A DNA stretch of 64,000 nt from Chrysomallon squamiferum. Its lineage: Eukaryota > Animalia > Mollusca. The stretch is from positions 13,330,001-13,394,000 of the forward strand of contig CM022672.1 in NCBI GenBank assembly GCA_012295275.1. Direction: 5' to 3'. The stretch's first letter is position 1, and each line of letters opens with the position of its first letter. Position numbers and translations under genes: made by a program. This document shows, piece by piece, positions 1 to 13,370 of this stretch. The notes below the pieces were generated by a model, which saw only the letters and a list, made by a program, of their open reading frames with translations, was not told the DNA's origin and did not search any database.

Positions 1-2055
1 GCTAAATTGACTTTACACGCTGTTGGTGTTTGCGGCACTTCGCTGTCTGTTATCCAAACACTCCCGATTAGATTAATAGCGAGAACAAAAAAACCCACCA
101 AAAACCCACCAAAAAATGGTTGAGACTTCTTGAATGTTTCTAGTTGAATTTCTCAGGTTATTTATCACCCTCCTCTTTTCCATTGATGTTAATTCCACGT
201 CTTTTCGAGTTTAGCCAGTCGTAACTAACGCTGAAATGATGTGGCGCCACCTGGAATAGAGTTAGTTCCCCCTGAATCAGTCGTTACCCCATTTGTTTGT
301 AGCGGTGATAATGAAAGTAGGAGTGTCTATACGGTTACATTGTATGAACACCTCAATATGACGATACACTGAGAGAATCTTTTCATTTTATTCTTCACTG
401 CAGTATAGCATTGTAGATGACTGTTGGCCAGTAATTAGAACACTGGATTGAGTTTCGTAGGTTTCAGTTCTCCTTGCTGTGCCAGTTGGATTATATATCC
501 CATTCTGTCCAGTGCTCCATAAATAATTTAGCAATGAACGCGGATATATCAGTTTTGTATTAGGAGACGCATGTAAAAAGTCAACAGCTGTCAAAGGGAT
601 GGACAAGCACATCACTCTCATGCCATTATCATAAAAGAATAATAATAATAAAAATAATAATAATAATAATAAAAAAAAAAAAAAAAAAAAAAATAAAAAT
701 AAAAAATAAATAAAAATAATACACAAATAATTTAAAAAAAAATAAAAATAAAATAAAGAAGAATAATAAATATATTCAGTAATTCTGACATCATAAAACA
801 GCCACTACTAATAAAGTAATTCATTCATTTTTATTATTAGCTTATGTTTTATTGTCTGCGATTGTGCTTTAAAAATTACCATATTATTATCAGACTTTAA
901 TTGTTCTCAAGTGTCTTCTTGATATTATTTTCAAAGAAAAACGGTACTTAATAATGTGAATTCAGCTAGACGAAATATCTAAACGTGTTCGTGTTTGAAT
1001 TCGCAGTAACTCTCTGCTCTTTTCTTTTTTAATTCTTTCTATAGGTGGTTATAGAGTTTGTTAGATTGATAATCAGAATTTCGCTTAGTCATTGTTTTGC
1101 CTGTAAGAGAAACCGCTAAATATATTATATCTTTATAACATATACATATGCATATATTTGTATGTATGTACGTAGTAAGTATGTTTGTATGTATGTATGT
1201 ATGTATATGTCTTTTTTTTATTTTTTTTTTTTTATAGAAAACAATGTTTACAAGAGGTAATTTACAAGAACAGTTAACTCAGAAATTAAAATAAATCGGA
1301 CAAAATGTTTCCATAAATTCTCAGTGTTTATGCTAAACTATATAAAGGGTGTAAGAATCTTTACCTACTGGATTCATTTGTTTTTGTTTGTGTCGAAAAT
1401 AAAAGTAAAACAGACAGTGATTATTAATATTTATTCTTCACCTTTGTCTCTTGTTTAAAACAATCAAGCCAAACGCAAAACGACATAATTGCTCGAGTGG
1501 GTCAACACATTCTACTACAGATCCACATGAGGTCCCAGACTGAATAATTCAGAACTAGAAGACATCCTCAAAACTGTCGTCTTTTTAACGATTCCGTACA
1601 AGGGAAGCAACTCGAAATTAACATATTCGCCGAAGTGGTCCGCGATTCGAGATTCCTAATCTTTTTGAGGGCGAATTCAAACAGTAAAATTCTTGCTGGA
1701 TTATTCTTCAATTTGCCAACCCTGCCTTGCGTCGATTTGATGGCTCTTGTTTAAATTTCTTCCTCTTTCTTGAGAGAGGATCAAAACACGCTGGGAGGCG
1801 GTGAGAGCAGGCCGCTTGTGTCAACCGCAGTAGCAGACTTTTGACGTGTTTCGCGATGGCAGTGGATTGCGCTAGCTGATGCAGATCTGATTCTTTATTT
1901 AGGAAAACATCGTTGGATGTCATAATTATAATCAAGTTATAAATTGTTTCAGTTTTTGGGTGGAATACTGTCATAATTCCATAGGATACTTATATATATT
2001 TTGTTGCTTAAAAAAGAAAAACAAAAAGGAAAGAAAACTAAGTTAATTATACATT

Positions 2056-3169
2056 ATGAAGGAATTTTCTTTCTTTGGTGGTTGGAGCCACGCGTTCAGG
2101 ATTTTTTTCCAGTTCTGGACGTTGATGTTTTGTTCTTTCTTGTGTAGAGCGGAACAGACCATATCGTTGTACAAACACCCGCTGAAGACTCCTTGCAAAT
2201 TTCCATTATCTAAACAAACGTATGTGCGTGACCCCAAAGACTGCAGTGTGTTTTATACGTGTTACGGAAACAGATACTGGAAGCTATCCTGCAGGTCGCC
2301 GTACACGGTGTGGTCTTTGAAATACAAGGTGTGCGTCTGGAAATACTCGCCGTACGACGACTGCGAACACTCGAGACAAAACGATTTGGACTCGACAACT
2401 CAGACGACGTTACGTAGGACTCGGCGTCCGACTCCGGCACCCATACGACGTCGCACGAAAACAACCCCGCGAGGAACTACCACGACGGTCCGCCCGACAT
2501 ACAACAAGAGTCCGTTCACGCCGAAACCGACGTGGCGTCCGACTCGCAGACAGGGAGACCCTTGGTACACACGTCGTCGAACGAAGAGGCCGACGTATCA
2601 CCCGGTAACACGACGTCCCACTTACAGACCCGTAACGGGGTGGCCGACGTACCGTCCCGTGAAAACGAGACCAACGTATAGACCCAAAACGTCTCGGCCT
2701 ACCTACCGGCCTGTTACGTCACGTCCTACGTACCGACCCGTGACGTCACGGTCTACATACAGGCCCGTCACGCCCAGCCCCATCTGGCGTCCTACACGAA
2801 GACCCACGAAACGACCGACAAGGCGTCCTGTGACGACAAGAAGACCCCCAGCCAGGTGGTCAAGACCAAGATTTCCAACAGCCAGACCCGTGGTAACTTG
2901 GCAGACGAAAAGACCGTTCACCAGGTGGACTTTCAAATGGCCGACGAGACCAACGCGGTTACCGTACTATACAAGAAGACCAATACCAACAGCAGCTCCA
3001 ACTACCACGCCTGCACCGACTACCACAACATCTACGACAGTAGCTACGACTCCAAAACCAACAACCACAACGGCATCAACAACGCCTGTGACTACTACAG
3101 TAACAACAACGATACTGACTACTACAAGACCAAAGCCTACTAAGGCGAAGAAAAGAACGTTCTATCAAG
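2056..3169 (+). CDS. Exon 1: signal peptide, chitin-binding type-2/peritrophin-A domain, Arg/Thr/Pro-rich linker, Thr-rich stalk
   Basis: GC-rich long ORF in an AT-rich background. The hydrophobic N-terminus ends ...FLCRA|EQ. It has a six-Cys motif. A strong donor AAG|GTAAGA sits at 3170; the ORF tail GKILILLLL is intronic (TTA)n read-through. Confidence 0.9.
2194..2364 (+). other. Chitin-binding type-2 (CBM14/peritrophin-A) domain coding segment
   Basis: C-x15-C-x5-C-x9-C-x13-C-x9-C spacing, with DPKDCSVFYTC and TVWSLKYKVCVW. This is the typical ChtBD2 pattern, including the aromatic residues. Confidence 0.88.
2587..2802 (+). repeat. Coding 27-bp / 9-aa tandem repeat (RPTYRPVTx, 7-8 copies)
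   Basis: RPTYHPVTR RPTYRPVTG WPTYRPVKT RPTYRPKTS RPTYRPVTS RPTYRPVTS RSTYRPVTP SPIWRPTRR. Confidence 0.9.
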
Positions 3170-5054
3170 GTAAGATTTTAATATTATTATTATTATTATT
3201 ATTATTTTTTAGTTTTACAATTTTATTTTAGTTTATTAATGCTGGTTAAAAACTAACCGTTTGGGAGGTTATGTAACAATTAAAAAAATAAAGAAGAAAG
3301 AAAAATAGAGAATAATAATAAGTCGAAGCCCGGTAAATTGTTAACAGTTGGCTGTACCGTGCAGATATCTGCGATGATCTTTAACCTATGTGGTCTTTTT
3401 TCTTAATTATTATTATTTCATGCAAATCGCAAACAGGTCATATTTAAAAAGAACATTTCTTTTATATATTCGCTTCATGTGTTTCCATCCTATTCCTTAA
3501 AATATCAGAAAGAACAAAATTAAAGTTTATTGGCCTTTCGGTTCGTAAGTATATATTTCATACATAAAATAATAATATTTTACAAGTGTTTATGGAAGAT
3601 AGACAATTAAATAGATGGAGAACGAATGGAAAATGTATTTTAAAGAAATTTACTAAAATTTACGGAGTTCTTTTATACGTTATCAGTATAGTATCTAACT
3701 TTAGAAACTACTGAATATAATGATGATCAATTCAGAACAAAATATTTCGAATTTTCTTTGCAATTTTAGTAAATTAAAGTCTAAAATATTTCTTAAAATT
3801 TTAACTAAATGGGTTCCGAATACATTCTTTACTGTCTAGTTTTTTGCAAGAACAAACTCAAAACAACTCTCCACCCTAATAAGCAAAATAAACCTTTGTT
3901 TAGTTTCACATCTCTGTCTTTGAATTCTAGTATTCCAATAAACCCTATTCTAGATTCAACAAATGATTAAAATATCAATATATTTAAGATTTATTCGAGT
4001 TTACCAAACGCGTTTCGAATACCTAACAAAATACACTAGTTTGAGGACTGTCTTAAAATAACCGAAGCCTTATTCGTATCATAAGCCTCGTCAACATTTC
4101 AGAATGAAACCAAGAATTAACGTATTTGTTGCTATATTGTCAACCAAACAGTAACACGAAAGAAATAAACTTCATACAACAAGATGAATTATACCGAACA
4201 ACATGCTAAATAAAATTCTATTTGTTATGATGCCGACACGAATCGACAAAACGCTGTCGCAATGCAGTTAGTTAATATTTTAGTAAATTTGATCTGGGGT
4301 TACCTGCTTTTCTTCAAATGATTGTAGAAGATTATATTTCAGAGCTAGATAAAGAAAGAACAAGCGAAAAGATACGTCGTGTATAAAAAAACAAGTTTAT
4401 ATTACACAGGTTTTATATGCGGTTTAATACTCTTGATATCATTTCGTTGTCTTTCGTAAAGAACTGGCTTATCGAAACTGTTCAAATGTGTATCTTCTGC
4501 TTTAAAGAGCTTTCTTTAAAAAAAAAAAAAAGATTGTGTGATGTTTATTAAAGTTTTATAGTCTTATAATAATGTTCATATCGACTAAAGCGTAGTTCGC
4601 GATTACCATAGTATATTCCAATGTTTTCTGCAGTGTTATTCTCGTACTTAAAACATTGTCGACAACAGCAACCGTAAAATGTTTCTAGCTTTAGCTCGTA
4701 CCATTATCATCGCCTACAACAGCAACCATAATATTTTTAGAATTTAGTTCCAACTGTCACGTGGATATCAGCAACATGTTTACAACTTCAGTGACGACAA
4801 CTCTAAAACCAGAATGACAGTAATGTCGTCTTCAACAAACAATTTTGTTTTTTTTTGTTTTGTTTTTTAAGTATACTAACAACGACTGTTTTCTAACATA
4901 AATTGTTGAAAACATGAGACAAGTGACTTTTTTTTAATAAACGTATCTTTTAATGGATAACTGGATGCGAGATGTACCATGATTAGTTCAAGATCTCGAA
5001 CATGATAATATAACGAACATGTTATTTTTCGAGGTATTATTATTATTATCATTA

Positions 5055-5114
<60 letters not shown>

Positions 5115-5729
5115 TATTACTGGGTTTTTTTAAAGGTTTTTTTTTTTTTTTTTTATAACATAAAATTCGATACGATCAGAGAAAAAGTTTCAAATTACGA
5201 TATGTTTTAAAAAAATTTAATAATTGTTTTTCCTAAAAATTATTTTAAAAATATATATTTTTTTTACTTGAGAGAAGCTGATTTTATGAGTTAAATTAAA
5301 TAGGCTGTATCCATGTTACCCATTGGCACAAGTTTTTAAAACACTGGCATGTATACAGCATATTCTAACAAATAGAGAACTTTACCAGATACATGACTAC
5401 ATTAATACAAACATACGACGCGTATATTATTCAAGTACATTAACTAAAGAATATTCTAGAATAGTCGTCATTTTTCAGTCCATTGTGGAAATTTTGAAGA
5501 ATTTCGGCGATATCCAAAGTGTTGACTTAGTTTGCCCGTTCCTGGTTTCGTGTCACAGAAAAAAAAAAGTAATTTGTAGAAGAGTAAGACAGTGCAACAT
5601 ATTTCCGAGATACAAAGATGGACATCATAGGTTAAAACGAAAAGTTTAATAAACCTGCTTCAAACTAGACAATTAATTACTGAATATTTGTAACTGTATT
5701 ATTACTTGGTTACCAATACAATTAGGTGA

Positions 5730-6775
5730 CACATTAGTACGAAAAGAAAATGTTAATGTAACATGACTTAAATCAGAACGTAAGTATTATATATATATTT
5801 TTTTTATTCGAGACAGTTTTTAAATGAACAGGACTTGAGTATATAGTTGCAGACAATATCTGTATTAGTAAATGGCCACGTTCGTAAAGAAGGAAAAGCT
5901 TAACGGCAAAACTGTTAACAGAACATTACATTACTGAATGTAAAATGGGTAGAAAATATTTCTTTAAGGAAAAATTACTGTGTATAATTATAAGAAAATG
6001 ACGAATGTATTGCTTTAAAAAAAAACCAACAACAACCAAAAAGTACCTGAGTCCGAAATGTTTAAGCTGAATATTCAGTGAACGTAATGGTAACTGTACA
6101 TAAGTTATTGGAATAGAGAGATTATTTAAATTAATCTATTAACGTACTGTAAAATTTCAATTATTCATTGAATGCATGGCAAAATATAGAGGAATTACTT
6201 GAACTGATAGAAATATTTCGTTAACAACTGTTCTTTATATACTAGTATGAACAGTTTACAATTTCAAACTGACAGCTTTAGTGCAAAAAGCTAAATCAAA
6301 ATGCTAAAAATCAATGTATGTAATGATTCAAATATAGAGAAATTACTGCAACAGATAGAAATATTTTTTTATATGAAGATTTGTTCATGTATCTACGAAC
6401 ATGTAAACTGTACCAGTGACAAGATAATATCTTAGTACAAAAAGCTAAAGTTTTATATTACATTGGTAAAACTATTACGAATTGAATTCATATGAGGTAA
6501 AATATAAAACTGTCGACATAAGTCGTCAAGGAGCAGTTCTTGTAAATATCGTTACAAACTTGCTGCAAAAACAAGATGGCGACCCTAAAAATAAAAAAGG
6601 AAAAATCTTAACGTAAGCCACTTTTATCTCTAATTTTAAATAATAAATGTGTAAATTCACTGTGTGACAGTAATTATATATTTAATATAGAAATATATTT
6701 CGTGGAGGAAAATCTTTTATCAGTATACCGTTTCGAAATGTACCACAGTATTAGTACAAAAGGTAAAACTTAATG
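5730..6775. repeat. Highly degenerate about 150-bp tandem repeat
   Basis: TTAGTACAAAAAGCTAAA-like blocks recur near 5734, 6278, 6432 and 6751. AAATATAGAG.AATTACT...GATAGAAATATT recurs near 6181 and 6330. Confidence 0.5.
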
Positions 6776-9700
6776 CAACGTTCTTTAACCCCGAATATTA
6801 AGTACAGTGCAGTCAATACCAGACGTACAAAAACTACGAATCAAAATTTATTTTAGAAATGATTATTTGGAATTGCTTTCTGTTCTAAAATCCAGAACAT
6901 ATAAAAACTCAGTTTAAAACATTTGGCATCTTTATCTTGCTGTTTGTGTTATTTTGAAAAGAGCAGGTAAATTTAAAATTTTCAGGAAACAATGTGAAAT
7001 TCGTTAACCGTACTCGTTTCTTGTGTACCCTGGATTACAGTTTGTCTGTGGTTTTCTTTTTCTTCACTTTATCGATTTCTCTGCACCTCGTTTTAAAACT
7101 CAATGTAACAAAAGTAACTTTATGGAATTTAAAGGAAATCGCTCGGCGAAATATTTGGCTCCAATTTGAGGGATTCTGTAACGTACTTGAGTAACATTTA
7201 GAGTAAAAGAATAAAAATTAAAAATAAGAAGTTATAAAAAAGAAATATTAATAAAATAATAAAAATAATAGAAACGAAGTTTAGTACAGTTTTTAAAGCT
7301 TCCCTTTTGTTCTTGTATCTGAACAAAACTGTGTGTATGTTTATATGTCTGTAATGTATGTATATATTTGTACATGTGTGTATATATGTATGTTTATATT
7401 TATGTACGTACGTATGTATGCATGTGAACATATATGAATGTATGCAGGTATCTTGTGCATTGCGTTTTTCAGCTTAAATATATTTTTCCATTACAGTGAT
7501 TTATTTTCATTTACATTTTGTATTTTAAAAGTGAATTGTTAAAAATTAAAAATGTTTGTGGACTATTCACGTTTATCTCTTCTCATTATGTATGATGTAC
7601 TCTTCACACACTTTTCAAATATGTCACAGGATTTTGATAGGTTTCATACTTGTCCTTATTTTTGACATCCCATTATTCATATAGATTTCTATATAGAAAA
7701 CTGTGCATGTATGTATGTATGTATGTATGTATGTATGTATGTATGTACGAATGTATATATGTTTATGAATGTGTGCATACATACTATTAATGCACGAAAT
7801 CACACATTAGTCAATACACAAACAAACATAAAATGTCCATTACAAGTTCTCGCTATACACACACACACGCGCGCGCGCGTCAGATAATTTTATAAATAAA
7901 TAATTTTAGTTACACTCAAAATATACTTTGTAACTATTTTACAAACGTATTTTTATGATGACCTTTAAATTGTGCAGTAACATATTTAAGTGCAGTTCAG
8001 TTTTGCTCTTTCTTTTTCATTTTTACGCAAGAAATATATTTTGTCACCTAAGGATTAAACTTTCGATCTCAAAACAAATACAACATACATTTTACAAGAT
8101 TCCTCACTGTGATATGTTTTCCTTTGAATTTAAGTTCATTCACTTTTTATTCCTAAAATTTCGTTTAATTTGCTGGTTCTTCATCTATTTATTTATTTAT
8201 TTATTTATTATTATTATTTTTTTTTTGTTTTTTTTATTTTATTTTATTTTTTTTTTAATGTTTACGAAAAGAAAGAATTTGTGATCTTTGTCCGTGAAAA
8301 CTGTTGATCTTTACAATTTGCCAGGTATCGTGAATAAAACACAGTAATATAAATGACATAGAGAAAAATATAAAATGACTGTATTTGCTCCAATCTGATA
8401 ATGTGAAGTCAGTAGCAAGGGCGATTTTAGGATTTCAGAAAAAAAGGATATGGGACATAGTTATTAAGGTGTAATACATTTCTTCATAAAAAAAAAGAAG
8501 ATAAATTAAGTCCACGAACACCACCACAACTACAACTACCGTGTGCATCAAGATTCTCTCAAAACATCGTTAGTTAAGAAGCAGACAAGATGGACGTTCT
8601 GTTCCGTTCTCTGTTTCCTCTTTTGGAATAACAAGCGAAGGGAAGAATACAGAACGATGTTTTCACTAGAATTTAGACAGATGTACAAATTTGATTTCTT
8701 TTCTCCACACCTGTGTACATTATGATTTATGTTTAACAAGCACGTTCTGATTGTTATGATGACTTACAAAAAGGTATCGGTTATAAATCAAATATTTAAA
8801 ATGCAGTTACTATGCGCTTCCGTTTTAGTTTTTGTTTAAATTCTGCCCTGTGCATACTTTTACAAGTTAGGCATTTCTGTTTTTCCGAACCTGTTATCAG
8901 TGATCCGAATCATCACCGTTCAGTATTTACTATGTTTAAACAAATCATTTATTATGCATTTCTATTTTCGTCTTTGTTTAAACTCTGCACTGCGGTTATA
9001 TATGGAAGCTATGCGTTTCCCTTTTTCAGACCTGTCATTAGTGTTCATTATCAGGATTATTATGTTTGTCTAATTTCGCATGTGACTCGAACGCAAATTA
9101 AAGATAAAAAAAAAAAACATGCATCTAATTCAAACAATAAGCTCACGATTAAAATGCTTCATAACGGACCGCTAAGCATGCATGAATTTTCATACATTTT
9201 TATCCACATGGCTTGGCGATGGAGATATTCTGCAATCAAACATCTGATGACGTCATCTTCCATTGTACTTCTCGAACTCCAGCTAACAAAAAAAAAAAAA
9301 AAAAAATAACAAACTAAGCATTGTTAGCCAATGAAAACGACAGAACTTCTGAGTGCAAACGAGGAAGATGGATTCCAAATTTCCAGGTCACGTCCTCGCG
9401 AGAGTTGGTGCGAGATTAGGAGATTGGAGGTGAACAATAAAACGCATTGTGTTGGAAATGAAGCGAAGATTTAGATCTGGGACCCGCGGATTAGCCACGG
9501 CGGAAGCGACAAACGTTTTACTGTTGTTCGCGTCTCTGTGAAATCACCCGAAAAGTGTGTGCATTATGCTAATAAATTTCGGCGATATTTAAAGATATAA
9601 TTTAAAAAAAAAAAAAAAAAAAAATTTAAAGCGTTATAACGACATGTAAACCTTTTGGCCGACAAAGATCATTGAAAAATCCCATTCCAGAAATAGATGC

Positions 9701-10220
9701 AATTTTTTTTTTGTTCTTGCTTTGTATAATTTGACTTATCTGTTACAAATGTGAAGAAGAAAGTAATCTAAGTGTTCAGTCATGTGTTCTGTACACGTTT
9801 TTCTTTTTTTTTTTTTAAAGTTATTTTAACTGTTTCGGTATTCAAAGAGTTGACAAAGTGAGCAGTACATCTTGAATAGCGCATCCATAATGATCTCAGT
9901 TACAAATTTGACAAGAAATTTTGGTTATTCACATAAGAGATACCGATCTCAAAAAACTGGATCTGAAGGCGGAACATTTTTAATTTCATTAACTTTAAAA
10001 TTATATCTACAGTTCATTATTGTCAGATATCACTGATATAATTTTCAAGTCAAAAGAATTTAGGAAGAATTAATTACAAATATTTTGGTTTTGAATGACA
10101 AAGGATGAGGTTATGACTAAAAGATAGAATATATATTTTGATAAGGATACTCTAAATCTTTTATTATTAACACTAACATGTTGTCAAACAAATGCTTTTT
10201 TATATAATGATCATATATCA

Positions 10221-10348
10221 GAGAGGAAACACGCTATATCCATGTCAAAAACTATTATTATTAATTGTCAGCCAAAGATATGTTAATTTTCCAATAGAGG
10301 GGAACGCATATACAATGGTCTTTGATAAGCCACTCGCAAAAGGTACTG
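10221..10348 (-). mobile_element. Decayed Meta/MESC-type SINE remnant
   Basis: GAGAGGAAACACGCT...GCATATACAATGGTCTTTGATAAGCCACTCG aligns by eye with the recalled GAGAGGAAACCCGCT...GCACATACCACGGCCTTTGATATACCAGTCG. Confidence 0.45.
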
Positions 10349-11283
10349 AAAGGAAGAGAAGATAGTCTTAAATTATCGTTCCTTTCATGTTTAGATTCTG
10401 TCTAAACACAAAGCTATTGACCTCTCCCAGAAACAGATTTTTTTTTAATGCAGTATAATAATTAAAATTTAAAAATCATTCAGCAGAATGAAACTCGATT
10501 GAACACTTGAACAAAACAGAATTTCTGAGAGCTTAAGCAAATAACTAGCTTTATTCTAATTCCGTTTTGATTCTAAAATACATTAAATACTTGTTTTGTC
10601 ATCAGAATAAAGTTTAAAAAAAGTTTAAAAGTCTTTACATTGTTCCAAATTTACCTCGTTTTTTTTTTTCTAAATAAAAAAAAACACGTGTGTATTATAA
10701 TACAAAACAAACTTTAGAATTACAAGTATTGAAAAAAAAATCATCATACAAACTCTCGTAAAAAAATTCTATAAGCTTTTCATCATTTCTAAAAAAAAAT
10801 AAAAAATTCTATTCATACAAGTGAGGAATGAGAAAGATGTGTATCGTGAAAGTGATAAATCTACAAACTACAAATGTCCAGACCCTTTCAGGCTTCTGTC
10901 TTCATTTCAGTGTGTATTACACGTGTTTCAGAAAAACACATAATCTCCCAGTATGACATATAACAGATTTACAAGCTACTGCAATGTCTCTGCACTTGTC
11001 TTTTAATATTACAGAATTATACACGATCACAGAGATTCCACGCATGGACACTGGAGATTACAGAACGAATGTCGAATTATTTTAAAACTTGGGATCATGG
11101 GTCTAAAAATACTAACAGAAATCCTTTAAGACGATATAAAAATAGTATTTATTATTATATGCCATGTTTGGGTTTGTTTATGTTTATTTATTTTGTTTTT
11201 ATTTTTTGTTTTATTATACATGTAGATCTACATGCATGCACATATACACACATATATATACATACATATTGTTCTTGTTATTA

Positions 11284-11317
<34 letters not shown>

Positions 11318-12134
11318 GTTTTGGGGGTGGGCAGATTGAAATGTAAGAACTAAACGCTAAAACTTGCTCATTCACAAATCTTTACAAAGTAGACAAACTT
11401 CACTTTGATAAAAAAGTAATATCTAACATTTTACAATGAATCGCAACAAACGGTACAAACTGTTTAAATGTTTTTTTCAAAAATTAAATTATTTCTTTAC
11501 TGTAACTGTAATGTAATGCTTATGTTTGTTTTCCAATTTCAAAAAGTTTTTTCAAAAATCAAAATAATTTATGACAATTAAGGCATTTCTTTTCAAAGCA
11601 ACAAGACCATTAATTTTTTTCCCTTCAGCTTTCTCATGGAAATCATGGATATATATATATATATATTATTGGTTAATTTAGTTAATTTGATTATTTGGTT
11701 ATCCATGATTTACGATATATATATATATATATATATGATGCTTCTTGGCTTATTTCGAATTAGATTTCTTTAATATTCTGTCACGGTGACTCATAACTAA
11801 ATTAACCAATAATGTTTCAAACTTACATGCTCAGATAAATGAAAAACAAATTAGACAAAACCTAATATATTCTTTAGAGATCGACGTCATTTCTATCATG
11901 GTGACGACATAAAAGTAATCAGTAAAAATAAATATAGCTTTATTATTTTATATTTTGCTTGAAAATAAAAAAATAAATAATTCAAATGTTGAACACTTAT
12001 TAAAATTAAATCCAAAAATAAATGCATATCTTAAAAAAAAAACTCTACTAAAAACTTGTCGTATAAAGTTATATAAAGCTGGACGTCACGTTTGTTTTTC
12101 ATAAGCAGTTTTGAAATTATTGCACCAGAATGCT

Positions 12135-12330
12135 AAAGCGAAAGTTATGTCGTTCAAAGTGAACCTGTTTGCCGTGTTTAGCTAATGCTGCAAGAGACGT
12201 GGAAATCCCCTTTACACAGGTTTAAACCGGTACGTTTCTATTTCTGTCACTGTCCAAAATAGGCTCAGTTTTGACCACTGGTATGGGAAGCGTTCTCTGG
12301 TCAACGATCACGCTAATACCCTTGTGGGAA
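12135..12330. promoter_or_regulatory. Candidate immune-type enhancer (IRF, NF-kB and CSL motifs)
   Basis: AAAGCGAAAGT at 12135, AAAGTGAA at 12156, GGAAATCCCC at 12201-12210 and GTGGGAA at 12324-12330. Confidence 0.3.
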
Positions 12331-13338
12331 CTGGGTTACAAAGATGTCCGTTCAACAACACTGGCCACTTTCTGCTTTAATCGCTTTGAAAATGATCACA
12401 GGAAATGCTTCCAGAATCGCCGAGTCACGTGGTTTGCCCAAATCAGAAATATCTGGAAACTTCAGAATTTTCACTAAATGTTTTTGCATTTTTTTAGTGT
12501 TTTTTTAAGTGAATAAGTGAAAACTGAGATGACTGTAGGATTATTAGTAGTTATGTTTCCTGTACAGTGTCAACCGAATCCGTGGTTAACGTAGACGCTA
12601 AACTGCTCTAAATACTATTTGATAGAAGATTAGAAAGTAGTATCTGTTGCTGTGTTTGGATTGGTCATTTTTGAGTTTGATTTTCGTTTAAATACAATTA
12701 CTTCAGATAAAATTGTTTAGCGAAAATCAACATTAAATACATATATAACCAGATTAAGATTATTCTTAATGGGATTTACTGTATTGTATTGTTCAGTTAT
12801 AACAAATATTTTTTAATGTTTTATTTCGTTAATTTGGCGTAACTGAAGACGATTGATTCATATTGGTACATCAGCTACATGAAATTTAATGGAAATTTTG
12901 TTTATTTTTATTTCATTATGTTTTCAGTAGGCACAGACGGTTTTTATAAAGTAAAGTATTATAAGGTAGTCTTTTGATTTCACGAGAACAGAAAAAGAAG
13001 GATCAACTTTGATATTCTATTTCCGTTTTGAATGGAAATCTCCATCATCCGGTAAATTGTTTTTCGTTTAAATGACAATCAGAATAACATGCAAAAGAAA
13101 TCATTTATCTTTTTTCTTTACTTTTTTCTTTTTCAATTTCTTTTTTATTTTTTTTGATATTTGATATTCCTATTGTGTTATTAGAAAACGCTATATAATA
13201 AACTGATAATGAAACTGAATATGCAGTATATGCATTTTGTTTCTCAACTAAAAAACTCCCCCAAAACAATAACAAAAAATCGCCAAATAAATGAAATAAA
13301 TACATAAATAACTGAATGAATAAATAAATAAATAAAAA

Positions 13339-13370
<32 letters not shown>

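Noticed and set aside
388-726. 112-aa minus-strand ORF
   Set aside because: The N-terminus is poly-T/(TTA)n, the remainder has no recognisable motif, and there are no clear splice sites.
3170-3231. Apparent C-terminal transmembrane tail of the 391-aa ORF
   Set aside because: It lies after a strong donor site and is an intronic (TTA)n run.
8812-9309. 165-aa ORF
   Set aside because: AT-rich composition crossing poly-A runs with no domain; consistent with chance.
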